Source: Lytechinus pictus
Lineage: Eukaryota
DNA length: 64,000 nt
Assembly (NCBI RefSeq): GCF_037042905.1
Contig: NC_087263.1
Coordinates: 10,170,001-10,234,000 of the forward strand
Direction: 5' to 3'
Shown piece after piece: positions 15,001 to 28,982 of this stretch; the first letter of the stretch is position 1, and the number at the start of each line of letters is the position of its first letter. The notes under the pieces were generated by a model. The model was not told the origin of the DNA and made no database searches. It saw nothing but the letters and a program-made list of their open reading frames with translations. Position numbers and translations under genes: made by a program.

Positions 15001-18000
15001 AAACAGCTCAAGATTATAATATAAGCGGTCACACGCAAATGCAAACAAGTACACATTTAAATGCAATATAATGTATAATGTATAATTTAAATGCAATCAC
15101 GTACGTATGCATGAAATGCTACATAAATACACAGTGGCAAATTGTAACGGATAGCGGTGCGTTCAACGCTAGCGGGCGTGTATATTTTGCTTATTACATG
15201 ACGTCATCCAGCCACTGCCGAGAGCCAATTTATGAATGAAAATATAGTAAGCATGCGCAGTGCAAGCCTTCCATAGCCCCACACAGTATTCCACCAAAAC
15301 AAGTGTGCAATACTCTATCACCTCGTACCAAAATCGACCTAGAATTTCAATTTCCTATAATTTATATGAATTATGAAAGGTATTCTCGGAGGATCTATTT
15401 TCTCACCGATACCGAACAGGTAAGCGAATTTCGATTACTTCTTGATTTTCGGTCAAAATCTTACGAATTAGCGTTGATATAGCATCGTGTTCGTTGGAGT
15501 TTGTAAAGTCTATCGCAACGTGTACAAAGTCAATTGATTTCCGGGTTTTGGAGCGTCGGTGAATATGCATGAAATTGCTGAGTCTCGATAATTTTCGATC
15601 GATACTGGAGCGATCCGATCACGAACCAAGACCATTTCCCGCGTAGACAATGTGACCGGATATCGCTATCGATACTTTCGCACGCAGTCCGAAGGAATTA
15701 TTTTGGCGACCACGTAGATGTAGTCATGACGTGATCTGCGCGATTGGCCAATCAGCGGTCTCCGATTCGCTGAGCCGAGACGGTCTATTCCTTGTACACA
15801 GTCTATGGACAATTTGCCACTGTGAAATACACAGTGTTGACGGGGGCGATTATGAGTTTTGCAGTCGCCCTCGTGTGAATGTTTTTAGCCCTTTTCCGAG
15901 GCTCTTTTTGGACTTTCCGGGGCGAATTCGCCCGCCGCCCCCGTGTAATTTTTTGGTTGTTCAACATACATGACATAGGACACAATCTCCCATATTTGGA
16001 GACTTGCTTTGCAAGAGTATAAAAGAAACAATACCAACAACCAAGAAGATATTTTTTTGTCTCACTGAGTCTGAGGTCAGGAGCCCATTTGTTTTGTGTA
16101 ATGGATGACAACAAAAATCCTTGGCTTAAGAAAACAAAAGTAGACAGTAAATTTTTAAAGTAGATGAAAAGGGGTAATTTTTCATGAGGAACTCTGCTCA
16201 TCGCATTTCCACTTTCAGTGTTCACTTCTTTTTTTTACTTTAGCGGAAAAAAAAATGAGTGGAACATGTCATGACTCATGTGATGTGTAAAGATACTGTC
16301 TTTTTTACTGACTGTCACCAGCACAAATCAAAGTGCCACTGGCGCTAATGCAGCATGCAGTTTGTACCAGCCGACTTCAAGCAAATTTCTCCACGCCGAA
16401 ATTGTTCACAATACAATTTTGGGACATTTGGTTTTCAAGAGTAGGATGGGGGGTCGGGTGTCCGGACACTTTATATTTTTGAAGCCTTCTTTTTTGTCTT
16501 AAGATTACACTAAAAATATGAATTCAATAGTTGTAATCATCTTCTATTTTGTTCTCTATAATATTTTCTAACATTTTGTACTAAAAATTGATGAAACTTC
16601 GCTTGTAATTTTTTCCAAATGACTTTCTAAAATTGATCGTCCGGACACACAACAACTGCATTATTTTATATAAAAAACCAACCAACTTGCCAGTGCGAAA
16701 CTGCATTAACGCACTCACTGGTGTCTCTCAGAGTCATATCATGATATTTGATAATTCCTAAAGGCAAGGCTCCACATTAACTTTTTTTGGTGGTGGCCCG
16801 TTCGGGCCACCAAAATCTCCAAATAATTTTTTTTGGTGGCCCGATATTAAAGTTTGGTGGCCCGAAAAATATAAAGAAAAACAAAAAATGAATAAATGGG
16901 TATAAATGGTTAAACCACTGTAAAAAAAAATGAAAGAAAATAATAAAACGGCAAAAAAAAGTGTGAGAAAATTCCTTCCCTAAATTTGCCAAAATGTTGG
17001 AAAAATTCACATTTCATATTATGAAATGCCTTCCCAAAGTATTGACTTTCTCAAGAGTTGTTTAAGAAATCATTTATAAACAAGAAAGAAAGTAACTGTC
17101 TGTTTATTTTTGGCAAGAAAAGACCGGAAAAGACACAGCTTCGAAAGAAACCAAGTAACACTAACAACATACATACAAATGCACATGTGGGACTGTGATG
17201 TACTCGCCTATGTGTTTTTATGTGTATTATTTTCATTTGGAAATCGGTCTTTTTGAGTCAAAAGAGAGGTCATGATTCCTCTTTTTAATGCTTGCAAATA
17301 ATCAGGATACACCAGATTTTAGCAAAAAGGTCTGTAGAAGGGCATTTCATTGGTGTAAAATGTGACTTTGACTTGGATTTTCACAGTTTTGTGGAAGATT
17401 TCTTAGCAGCAACATTTCGTATTGCAGCTCCCTGAGTCTGAATAGGCTGCTAACGCACAGCTGCTTCAAGCATGCAAAGCTCACGCCAGCCGGCCGGCAC
17501 AGCCGGCTGGATAAAAGCTACTTAATGCTATAGCGGTAGGCCAACTTTGTGTGTAGATCAACAAAAAGGGCACATGACGAACTGGCTTGCAATTTGAATT
17601 GTAGAAAGTTGATAAATGCGTGCAAAATGGGGAGAAAAATTGCGCTATTCTGAAAATTATTGGTTGCCCGATTCGGGCCACCAAAACTTAATAATATTTT
17701 TTCATTAATGGTTGCCCGAGGTGAATTTCTGGTGGCCCCGGGCCACCGCTAATGTCGAGCCTTGCTAAAAATAAAGGAATCCTATTTTCCAACAAGATCT
17801 GTCCTAACGGTGTCCTATATTTTGATACAATTCAACAGCAAAAAACAAAAACACACACGGTGCAGTACAGCACCCGTGGCCGTGACAGGGCAGGGTGCCA
17901 GCTGCTGCTGGCTGCGACGGAATAGAAGGGGATCCCGCTCCCGCAGCCTCAGGCTGAGGAACCGGCGGAGGAACCCGACATGATTGGTCACTGTCATTCA

Positions 18001-18226
18001 TAATTGATTGAAGTGAACTCAACTCACTCAACACTTGGGCATCGCTCAAAGGATCGCCTCCAAATTCCTCTTCTGTATCTAATGTGGCCTCCATGTCTGC
18101 ACCATCACCATCCTCGAATGATTTTCCAGCATTGTCATCTTCTTTGTTTATGTCTCTGACGTTGGATTTATCCCCACTTCCATTTTCCTCATCTACTGCT
18201 GATTTCGCCGTCACAATGTCCGCCAT
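1..18226 (-). CDS. ARHGAP1: Rho GTPase-activating protein 1/8-like (p50RhoGAP/BPGAP1 family), 5' part; join(complement 18028-18226, 9778-9927, 8612-8699, 7224-7355, 1083-1268, <1-2)
   Basis: The spliced translation contains the BCH/CRAL-TRIO signature YEDIAKHNIIQVGGDDKAGRKLIFVYCSRFPP...YVENDYSLVIFQYGLTRQNRPSWKFLVEAYKNLERKYKKNLKALYIVHPS...ISVKFSRKVTYIHFLSEL, matching the remembered ARHGAP1/8 sequence. All introns are GT-AG with compatible phases (1,1,2,2,2). The next acceptor (ttttcag) is at 3-4, so the gene continues off the left edge. Confidence 0.88.
147..452. mobile_element. Harbinger-like palindromic MITE (GGCCCGTATTCTGAA termini)
   Basis: gcccgtattctgaa ... ttcagaatacgggc; second copy at ~24297-24610. 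Confidence 0.7.
626..1019. mobile_element. Kolobok-like MITE (diverged)
   Basis: aggtaaattccagtt ... aactactgttatttagct with (A/T)TAA flanks. Confidence 0.5.
1083..1268 (-). CDS. ARHGAP1: ARHGAP1-like exon (YKKNLKALYIVHPSQIVKMIWGIFRHIVSVKFSRKVTYIHFLSELGETVDMKKVEIPAVIKR)
   Basis: ttttag| acceptor, AG|gtaaat donor, 186 nt; KKNLKALYIVHP motif. Confidence 0.92.
1721..3244. mobile_element. piggyBac-like non-autonomous element
   Basis: TTAA on both flanks; ends CCCTATATAGGCCGGG ... CCCGGCCTAGATAGGG; G/C-run subterminal hairpins. Confidence 0.8.
2329..3069 (+). mobile_element. Nested TIR element with AATT flanks carrying a decayed SAP-domain-like ORF
   Basis: TIRs CTCACTACCCCAAATAG / CTATTTGGGGTAGCGAG, with AATT on both sides. 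Frame 2741-3028 reads MEKKSVSELKKILTDR*GIPCNGKRRVELVHDLAEKA. Confidence 0.7.
7224..7355 (-). CDS. ARHGAP1: ARHGAP1-like exon (YMKDTLNKYVENDYSLVIFQYGLTRQNRPSWKFLVEAYKNLERK)
   Basis: aacag| acceptor, AA|gtaagt donor, 132 nt; BCH core. Confidence 0.9.
8612..8699 (-). CDS. ARHGAP1: ARHGAP1-like exon (GDDKAGRKLIFVYCSRFPPSKSYNQMRLLG)
   Basis: tag| acceptor, GG|gtgagt donor, 88 nt; start of the BCH domain. Confidence 0.9.
9778..9927 (-). CDS. ARHGAP1: ARHGAP1-like exon (LQSPSDD...NYEDIAKHNIIQVG)
   Basis: catgtag| acceptor, G|gtaggt donor, 150 nt. YEDIAKH resembles ARHGAP1 YYDIARH. Confidence 0.85.
12511..14060. mobile_element. TIR element CAGTCAGTCCGCAAGCCC with 4-bp TSD TTCA
   Basis: Inverted termini at 12511 and 14060, TTCA on both flanks, and internal inverted repeats (~12900-12935 vs ~13642-13675). 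Confidence 0.75.
13176..13638. mobile_element. PIF/Harbinger-like MITE
   Basis: TIR GAGGCTGTTCTCACT / AGTGAGAACAGCCTC, TAA/TAT flanks, internally palindromic. Confidence 0.7.
15130..15824. mobile_element. Transib/RAG-transposon-like non-autonomous element
   Basis: Perfect 16-bp TIRs CACAGTGGCAAATTGT; 5-bp direct repeat AAATA at 15125-15129 and 15825-15829. Confidence 0.7.
16765..17764. mobile_element. hAT-like non-autonomous element
   Basis: TIR CAAGGCTCCACATTA / TAATGTCGAGCCTTG; repeated subterminal ggtggcccg / cgggccacc motifs; TSD not clean. Confidence 0.6.
18028..18226 (-). CDS. ARHGAP1: ARHGAP1-like probable first coding exon (acidic N-terminus MADIVTAKSAVDEENG...DPLSDAQVL)
   Basis: Start context aacATGGcg. 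Acidic ORF ending TTG A|gtgagt, a consensus phase-1 donor that joins in frame to the phase-1 acceptor at 9927. An alternative start accATGG lies at 9890-9892. Confidence 0.65.
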
Positions 18227-21200
18227 GTTGATTGTTGGACGCACGCAAAATTTCCGCTCGCAATTTCTCAGCTCACGTTACGCACCCTTTTTCCTTAATT
18301 TAATATTAATAATTAACATTTTCCCCTGGGATATTTTCTCATTTTTTCATGGAATAAAAATATAAATATTCATTAAGTTTAAATCCAGACCAATTATGGA
18401 CAGACACAAATCGATATATCTTGACAGAGCCGCAATGGGAAATCCCAGAAAACAATGTTTTGTCTCTCGAATATTCTCTTACTTCCTCATATTTCAATGC
18501 CTTTGGACTTATCATTCGATTTCATACGGGATTTCATCTCTCCCCAACCACCCAAAAAGACATCTGTGATGTTTACCATTTCTCCGGTATCGCTTTTTAT
18601 CAATTTCTCTTCTTTAAATCTGTCTCAACATTCTCCCTTGCATCTTTTTTGTAACATCCAATCTTTCCCTCTTAAATCGCTTTTTTATATACCACGCCCC
18701 TCTTTCTTAGTAATCTCTATAAACTTACTCATTCTCTTCATAAAATCCCCTTTTCAACCTTAATTTCTCTTCTGTCTGCAACACTCCTCTCTTCTGATTA
18801 CTCAACCATACATGTACGTACTTCCCTTACCTGGTGTTTCTCTTTTCCATTTTTTGTTTGAGCTTTGATTACTATTATTATCAATAAAAAATTATGTGTG
18901 ATTAATGTTCTTTTCTTGCTTTAATTATGTTCCATGATGGACTCGAACACACAGCTGCACAATTGTAAAAGTGCAATATGAACCTACTTGAATTATTCAA
19001 GAAAATAATTAGAGAACTTTCAATAAGAGGACAGTAAATAATTGACTTGGACATAGCAAGCTCTGTTGTGGAAAATATCCATGGTGACTGAAGCATGCCA
19101 AGATTAACTTTTATTTTAATCTACCTCTTATTTGTCTTCTTTTGTGTATTTTAAAGTTCACCATCATTGAAGAAGTGATGCCTGTGTGTCTATGATAAAG
19201 TTTGTTTTTCATTTATCAATACACACTGTACAAGCATGGGCTTACTAGTGATGGATGAGGAAGAATGGATGTAGGTGAAGAGATACCTGCTGCAGATTGT
19301 ATTTTCTGCGGTTAATCGACATCATCAGTAGAAGAAAACCTTCATCACATGACTGTGTCTCATAGCTTCTACCTGCCCAACATGGAGTTTATAGCAGACA
19401 TGAGGGTCTTTAGGTCCAAGGTTCAAGCAACGCCATATGGTATTGATTCAGAACAAGGGGATAAAGTATTTGAATGATACACATGGTGACAGTGTTAACA
19501 TTGGTCCTGTTACTTTTAGTGGCAGCGGTGGGATCATAACAGATCATAACCTTACAATAATGTACCATACACATAAATATGACCAGCCACACCAAAAACC
19601 AACAATAAGTCACCAAGCAAGGTCTTTGCAAATAGCCAAAATACTCATTTGGTCTTCAATCTTCAAAAAAAGGAAAGAAAACAAAATCATCTGAAAGAGC
19701 AATCCTTCATACTATCAAATTTTGAAGTTGTACAGCTGAATAGAAAACAAGACAAAAGACATTCTTTGACACAAGTTTTTCTGAACTGCTTGGAAGTTTC
19801 ACCGAGATGCGCACATCTCATGCTTGAGTGAACTCTGATCTGCAATCGTCTTTATCATCTTTTTAAAGCTTAGGAATAGGATGTGCTTTTCCATACTCTC
19901 AACATTTGTTTTGGGTGACTTATTGATGGTTTCTGGGTGGCTGTTCACAAATGCACATAACAAAGCAAAAAGCAACAATAAAAGTAATACAAGAACATGT
20001 TCTGGACAAGATATACCATGGATTTATTGATTTATTCAATTTATATCAAACACATGATGCTCCCACTGGTTCTTTTTTCTATAAATCTTACATGAAATTC
20101 TCTCGCTTTTGAGTTGGAATGTTTCAAACTTTCATGGCCCTTTCTGATACAAAAATTTACTGTAACAGGGATATGTATAATTCTGTCGATCACAGGGATA
20201 ATTGAGACCTTTTACTTTCATTTCCACTATGTGTGGAGCAATTAATATTAAATATCACATGGTGCAGAAATTTCAATACTGATAAACAGTACAGGCACAT
20301 TCAAGGGATAACATCTAAATACTTAGATTAGTTGCACGAAACTTGGCCATGCCAAGAAATGTGATACTCGACTTCCACATGTCCCTCTTTCATAAAAACC
20401 TTTGCCTTCTTATAATTCCTTAAAGGTTGATAACCCATCTATGATAATCTTGACTTTAAATTCTTCAAACCCTGACCTGAACAGACAATAAAATACCGGT
20501 ATAAGTAGGTCTTCACTAATTCATTGAGAAGTTAATGATCTGTCAAATAAATTTGTCCTGTATCCCATATTTTTTTTTTTTTTCACATTTTTTTTTTCCT
20601 TTTTTTTAATAGTTTTTTTCAAGAACTTTTTCAAGGTGATAGCAGGGAGCTCCTCAGGAATTATCCTGATTTGATCTCGCTATCAATGATGATGACGACG
20701 ATGAGGATGATGATGACTGGAAACATCTCCAGAAAATGAAAAAAATACAGACAACTTTGCACAAGTCTGGAAACTGTAGAAAAACAGTACAACTGATTGT
20801 ACAAATAGGCATAACAGTCACGGTTATGTACAAAAAGTTACAAACAATTGCAATTATTCATTGTCTTTCTCTATTTTTTATGCCCCAGATCTACTTTAGA
20901 ATATAGTAAAATCATGCAACTTTGGCAAATTTCACTGTATTTTTTCCCCAAGTCATAAATGGTAATTAGCTATGAAAATGTCTGCAAAATCTGTACTTTC
21001 AGTGATTTTCTAACATAACCGTTGAAATATTTTCAAAGCACATTAACAAATACATCCCTCAGACCTCCAAGCATTGTCTTTCCCTGTTTTACAAATATAC
21101 ATTAGATGGTACTTGCTATATTATAGATCATATCATTATTCATAGCTAATTAACAAGACTTCATAAATTGTTTATATCAGCATTTTCACCACAATGAAAT

Positions 21201-21920
21201 CGAAGTGAAAATGATGACTACGTAACATCATTATGAAACATTCAAAGAACTGGCAATGGTAAGAAATTTTCAGAACGGAATGTAGTCAAAATCATTTTCC
21301 ACAAATGAAGACTACCATTTATGGTGAAAGGGCCAAGTCTTCAACCCAGAGGGTTGACAGTATTTGCCGGCTCAACTTTTCATAACTGCTGTTGGGGAAG
21401 AAGTGCCTATGTCTCAATTCTGCTATACAGTTGAGACAAACAAAAAGAGTTTACACATTGCCAGTCCAGAGAATGAAACTATTTACACATTATTTTCTCA
21501 CATAAAGCAGAGAATATCAAAATAAAGCAAAATGGAGCAAGGAGAATGTGAGGGAAGAAAATATAGCAAAGTGAGTGAAGAGAAGAAAAAAAGAGAAAAG
21601 ATAAAGGATTAGAAAAAGCAAGGAATGGGCAAAGAGAGAAGAGATAGGAAGGTAGCAATCTTATTGGACTCTCTGAAGAAAGATGGTATATTGGTCAGAT
21701 CAATCAGTTATCAATCTTGAAATGAGTCCTAATAAACATCTTCCAGTCCTTCACATAGAGCCCGTTGGAGAGATTGGTCGCCTTTGGCAGAAAATAAGGC
21801 TGTCGGGTCTATATCTGATAGAAGAAAAAGAGAAACAGGAAAAAGAAATTGAATTGTAGTAACAGATATAAATGTACATGTAGACATAATATCCAATCGA
21901 AATGGAAAGTTGATTTCAGT

Positions 21921-22198
21921 GGAGCGTTGTGGCCCAGTGGATTAGTCTTCGGACTTTGAAACAGAGGGTCGTGGGTTCGAATCCCAGCCATGGCGTAATT
22001 TCCTTCAGCAAGAAACTGATCCACAGTGTGCTGCACTCAACCCAGGTGAGGTAAATGGGTACCGGTAGGAAGTAATTCCTTAAAAAGCTGTGTGCGCTAT
22101 GAACGCCTAGCTTAGCCGGGTAATATAGAGCGCCTTGAGCACCTAACAAGGTGGATATGTGCGCAATATAAATACCCTATATTATTATTATTATTATT
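21921..22198 (+). mobile_element. tRNA-derived SINE
   Basis: A box (TGGCCCAGTGG), anticodon-like CTTTGAA, B box GGTTCGAATCC, conserved body, (ATT)n tail; second copy at 49103. Confidence 0.85.
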
Positions 22199-22379
22199 TC
22201 AAAAGAACAAAAAAAAATCACAGAAGCAGATATATGAGAAAGTTTGAATAATATCAGACTGAAACAATACACTTTTTGGAAATTGTGAAAAATACAATCA
22301 CTATGCCTATGTGGACTTCAAATTGAAACTTTCATTTTTGAATAAGTACATTTATGATGTATAATTGTTTTTCTTTTAA

Positions 22380-23316
22380 GGACGTTCCACAGTTATGTTT
22401 GTGCGCATTATGATCTGCGCATAGTTTACACTCTGCGCGCTGACATCACAATGGATGAACAGGTGATTAATTAGCTGCGGGTATGAGCTGATTTTTCTCA
22501 TCTTCTGCACTTTAACTGCAGATCCGATGCGTTATTTCATGAAGCTAAAAAAATTGGATTATTCCATGGACCATTCAAAAAAATATTCTCTACAATTTCA
22601 AAATACTTTACTCTGCAGTGCTGCCAAGAATCACGAATATTACCCCGAGTTTGAATAAGTGGTAGAGTGGTTTTGATTTTTTCTTCACATAGATACTAAG
22701 CATTCGGCGCATTTTTGGTGTTTTAAAAAGCACATTTGCTCTAATAAAAATGCTGATAGTTTAAAAACAAGCGCATGAACCCCTATTTTTTAATGTTGTT
22801 ACCTCTTTGGTATACCTTCCTCTACAACTCTGCAAATTTTGGTGAAAATGACATGGATTTTGAATAAAGTGCAGCATTTATTGTACGTTTGTAGTTTGTT
22901 ACTGAAATTTTACATTTTTTAGATTGGGATTTTGTTATCTTTTACGCCATTTCTAAGAACTGACAGTGCTGTTAAACTTAAAATTGCAAACAAATAGCAC
23001 TATAAATAGATTCTCCATTCTAACTATACAATTATTAACTCTCTTGCGAAATTTGATGACTTTTTCATGTATTTTGACTGAGTAATAGAGGCTTAAACTC
23101 ATTGTAGTAATCTTGGGCGGTCTAAAAATGCCAAATTCTTTTGAATGCGCAATTCTTAAGAACATCAATTTGGGTGAACTTTGAAGCTCTATAGCAAAAA
23201 ATCAAGCACATGGATCTATGTTAATTTCTGCATATTTCGAATATTAAGGTTCTAAAGTATCTATGTGCAAAGTTTGGTGAAAATGACATGGATTTCACTT
23301 TAACTGTGGAACGTCC
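22380..23316. mobile_element. Kolobok-like non-autonomous element
   Basis: TTAA on both flanks; TIR GGACGTTCCACAGTT / AACTGTGGAACGTCC. Confidence 0.75.
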
Positions 23317-25673
23317 TTAAATACATGCAGAACTATGTGATTAGCAATATAAATTCTGTAAAATGTCTCGACCAACTGGTACATGTACTCCTGTCATTAA
23401 GTACTAGTAGTCATTTCAATTATAGTTTTTGTTACAAATTTCTTATCTCTTACCATTTTCTATCTTGTAACTTCGTGCTCCCCCCGTTATTCTATCTATT
23501 TGTCTATCTACATGTATCTATCTATTTTTTTATACCTACTCTTTTTTTTCAACATATCCATTATTCTTCTGTAAATAGTTTTTAACCACATATGTATCCT
23601 TGTATAACCTTAGTACAACCTATTTCTTTCTTTTTTTATAGTATTATCAACCAGTTTAGCTAGAATCAAGTTTTGCTTTAAACAAACAAATAACGTATTG
23701 TTTCAATACTGAGGGACCGTATAACAAGCCTGGCTTCCAAAGGTCTCCTCGTCTTCCTTGTCTTTATATTACTTTCCTTTAATTATCGATATTTGTTGCT
23801 TTTAAACGTTTTCGACATATGCGTTAGCATATCATATTGTACATGTATCTTGTTATATGTTACTTTTTCAAGGAGGATCAACAAAGTTCATTCATTCATT
23901 CATTCAAATTGGCCACAAAGTCAAGGTCATTGTGATGCAGGGTTAGGGCAAATACTCCATTTCCTTCAATACACAACACCTGAAATGTCATATTTTCCCA
24001 AAATTCTACTCAGTAATGACCTTTTTTTATTTCATGATTGCGGACATCAATATGCTATGTTATATTTCATAATCCTTTTGGGATACCACAGAAATGACTG
24101 AATCCTTGTAATTAGTTAAAACAAATCAAAAGGAGAAATCTGAAACTAGTCCACCCACACCCCCTTCCCCCTACTTGTCATCATCTACTCATATACTGCC
24201 AATTAGAGATCTACATGTACACGAGCTTGCATGTTGATCGCATTTTACAAACAGCCAAATCATTCCACTCTTTTTTTATGATATGACAGACTCTGAGGCC
24301 CGTATTCTGAACTTGGGTTTAACTTTAATTGACTGTGGTCTAACTCTGTGCTAAAATTATGGGAAGCCAAAAATGTCAAAATTTGTTCGCATGATATGCT
24401 TCCTAATATGTGTACTGTACTCTTTCCTAATTCTTTTGTGGTAAAGAAAATGATCTTATTCTTCCCAGACAGTTAAAAATAATTTGAGAGTCAAATGAGC
24501 TGATAATATGAACCTCTACTGTTAGAGATTTATGTAACAAAAGGCTATCCAAAGTTAAACCATAACATTAGACCAGAGTTTAAATTAAACCCGACTTCAG
24601 AATACGGCCCTGAAAATCAACCCCAATAATTAGATATAGCACAGTTAGCAGGGCTGCGTCTTACAGAGTTGCGATTGTTCCAATCAATCGCAACTATGGA
24701 AAGCCAGCAAAGTCAACATAAAAAATGCATGTTTGGTCGAAATTTGTTCTAGATATGAATGTATAACAATAAACTCATTGATTTCTTGACAATTTGGTGT
24801 GTTCTCCTTTATTTACAAAGGACATTTTACAAATTTCACGTAGAAAAAATTATGACACTGATGGATTTCCATAGCATTACGATTGATTGGATCAATCGTA
24901 ACGATTGATTGGATCAATTGTAACGACTGATTGGATCAATCGTAACTCTTTGTAAAATGGGGCCGTGGGGTGACTGCTGCTAACCCATGCATTAAAGATT
25001 ACGTTAACAGCACATCAAAAAGTTGAAAAAACATCTGAGAGGGCAAAATATGAGAGTAAAATAGGTTTTAATGAATCCGGAACATTACAATTTTCATAAA
25101 TTATATTGAATTAGGTAGATTGATTGATTTAGGTTTACTGACACTACTCAAACTACCAACACAATGTGTCATATATTGTGTCTGAATATCAATCTGCAAA
25201 AGTTATATTAAATGGTAAGATTTGTTTTCTTAATGTGATTTATATGACCTATGGATTGAATTGATTAGAGAGATGAATTTTAATCCATTTGTATTTCATA
25301 GAAGTGTGGGCTAAACCTTTTATTTAATCGAGGTAAAACCTGGCGACCGTTTCATGAAAGTTGCCAGCACTGACAAGTTGTCTTTCTACGACAGTTATAA
25401 TAGTAACATTCAAAGGCTAGTGCTTCTCAGCAAATTAAAAGCAAGGATTTCACTGAAATGGTCAGCATCAACAATTTTAGTCAACTCTGTGCTAAAATTA
25501 TGGGAAGCCAAAAATGGCAAAATTAACAATTTAGTCAGTGCTGACAACTTTCATGAAACGCCCCCCCCCCCCCCAAATTAAGACACCCATTGCATAGACA
25601 GTAAAATACATAAATTTGAATAATACTCACCTATAATACTATAGATGAAGAAAGAAAATATGATGAGGGGATG

Positions 25674-28342
<2,669 letters not shown>

Positions 28343-28564
28343 GATTACCGCAGGATCGCTGGCGAAGGGAGATGTTTGAGTTTTCAGCGAGCTAGCTAGC
28401 TAGGCGCTAGCGACCAATAAGCTGGATAAAGCGACAAAGTGTGTATGCGGGAGGCCCTGATACAAGTAAATAAACAAAACAAAAAACAAAAACAACAACA
28501 AAAGATAAACATTACTTCGGAACAATACTTAGACAAAAAAAATGTAAAGATAGATAGATAGACA

Positions 28565-28565
<1 letters not shown>

Positions 28566-28649
<84 letters not shown>

Positions 28650-28667
28650 ATATACATATATATATAT
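28566..28667. repeat. (TA)n microsatellite upstream of TMEM258
   Basis: About 100 bp of nearly pure TA. Confidence 0.95.
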
Positions 28668-28982
28668 ACCACTTTTTCCAAGTTTTTGAAAACTCAATGA
28701 AAGGGCAGCTGCTGATTAAATAATCGGATACCTGAGCTGGCAAAAATCGTTTGATTGGACCCTTTTTCGGCTTCCAAAGGAGTGTAAATGGGCGAGTGTA
28801 CTTGCAAAAATTATCAACGATGAGCTAGAAAAAGTTGGAACCTTGAACCCTAGCTACCACAAAAAAACCCAGGGTTGGACCAACATTTTGTGAGACAGGT
28901 TCGAGGAATGTACCTGCGCATCTTTGGTGGATTCAGGACAGCAGCCCATTCCGGTCCATTGTTCCAACATCGTTTGAAATTA

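Larger units (their letters stand above)
10685..15959. mobile_element. Outer TIR element (CAACCAAAAAATTAC termini, 8-bp TSD TTCAACAT)
   Basis: Perfect 15-bp TIRs; identical TTCAACAT at 10677-10684 and 15960-15967. Confidence 0.8.

Noticed and set aside
14483..15959. LTR pair (124-bp direct repeats)
   Set aside because: No TG...CA ends, PBS or PPT. The repeats are right ends of two nested TIR elements matched by left ends at 10685 and 10877.
17804..18027. 3' half of the 146-aa ORF as a stand-alone gene
   Set aside because: A consensus donor at 18027 in the phase needed for ARHGAP1 explains the 5' part; the rest is probably intron.
19230..19940. Possible decayed coding sequence between ARHGAP1 and TMEM258
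   Set aside because: The frames I read are interrupted by stops and show no recognisable motif; it may be UTR.
20670..20740. Asp-rich stretch (GAT/GAC repeats) as an exon
   Set aside because: No consistent splice sites or partner exons; treated as a simple repeat.
21921..21995. tRNA-Gln(TTG)-like gene (also at 49103)
   Set aside because: The acceptor stem is poor, and the sequence continues into a shared SINE body and (ATT)n tail.
28396..28743. YI-repeat ORFs
   Set aside because: Translation of the (TA)n microsatellite.
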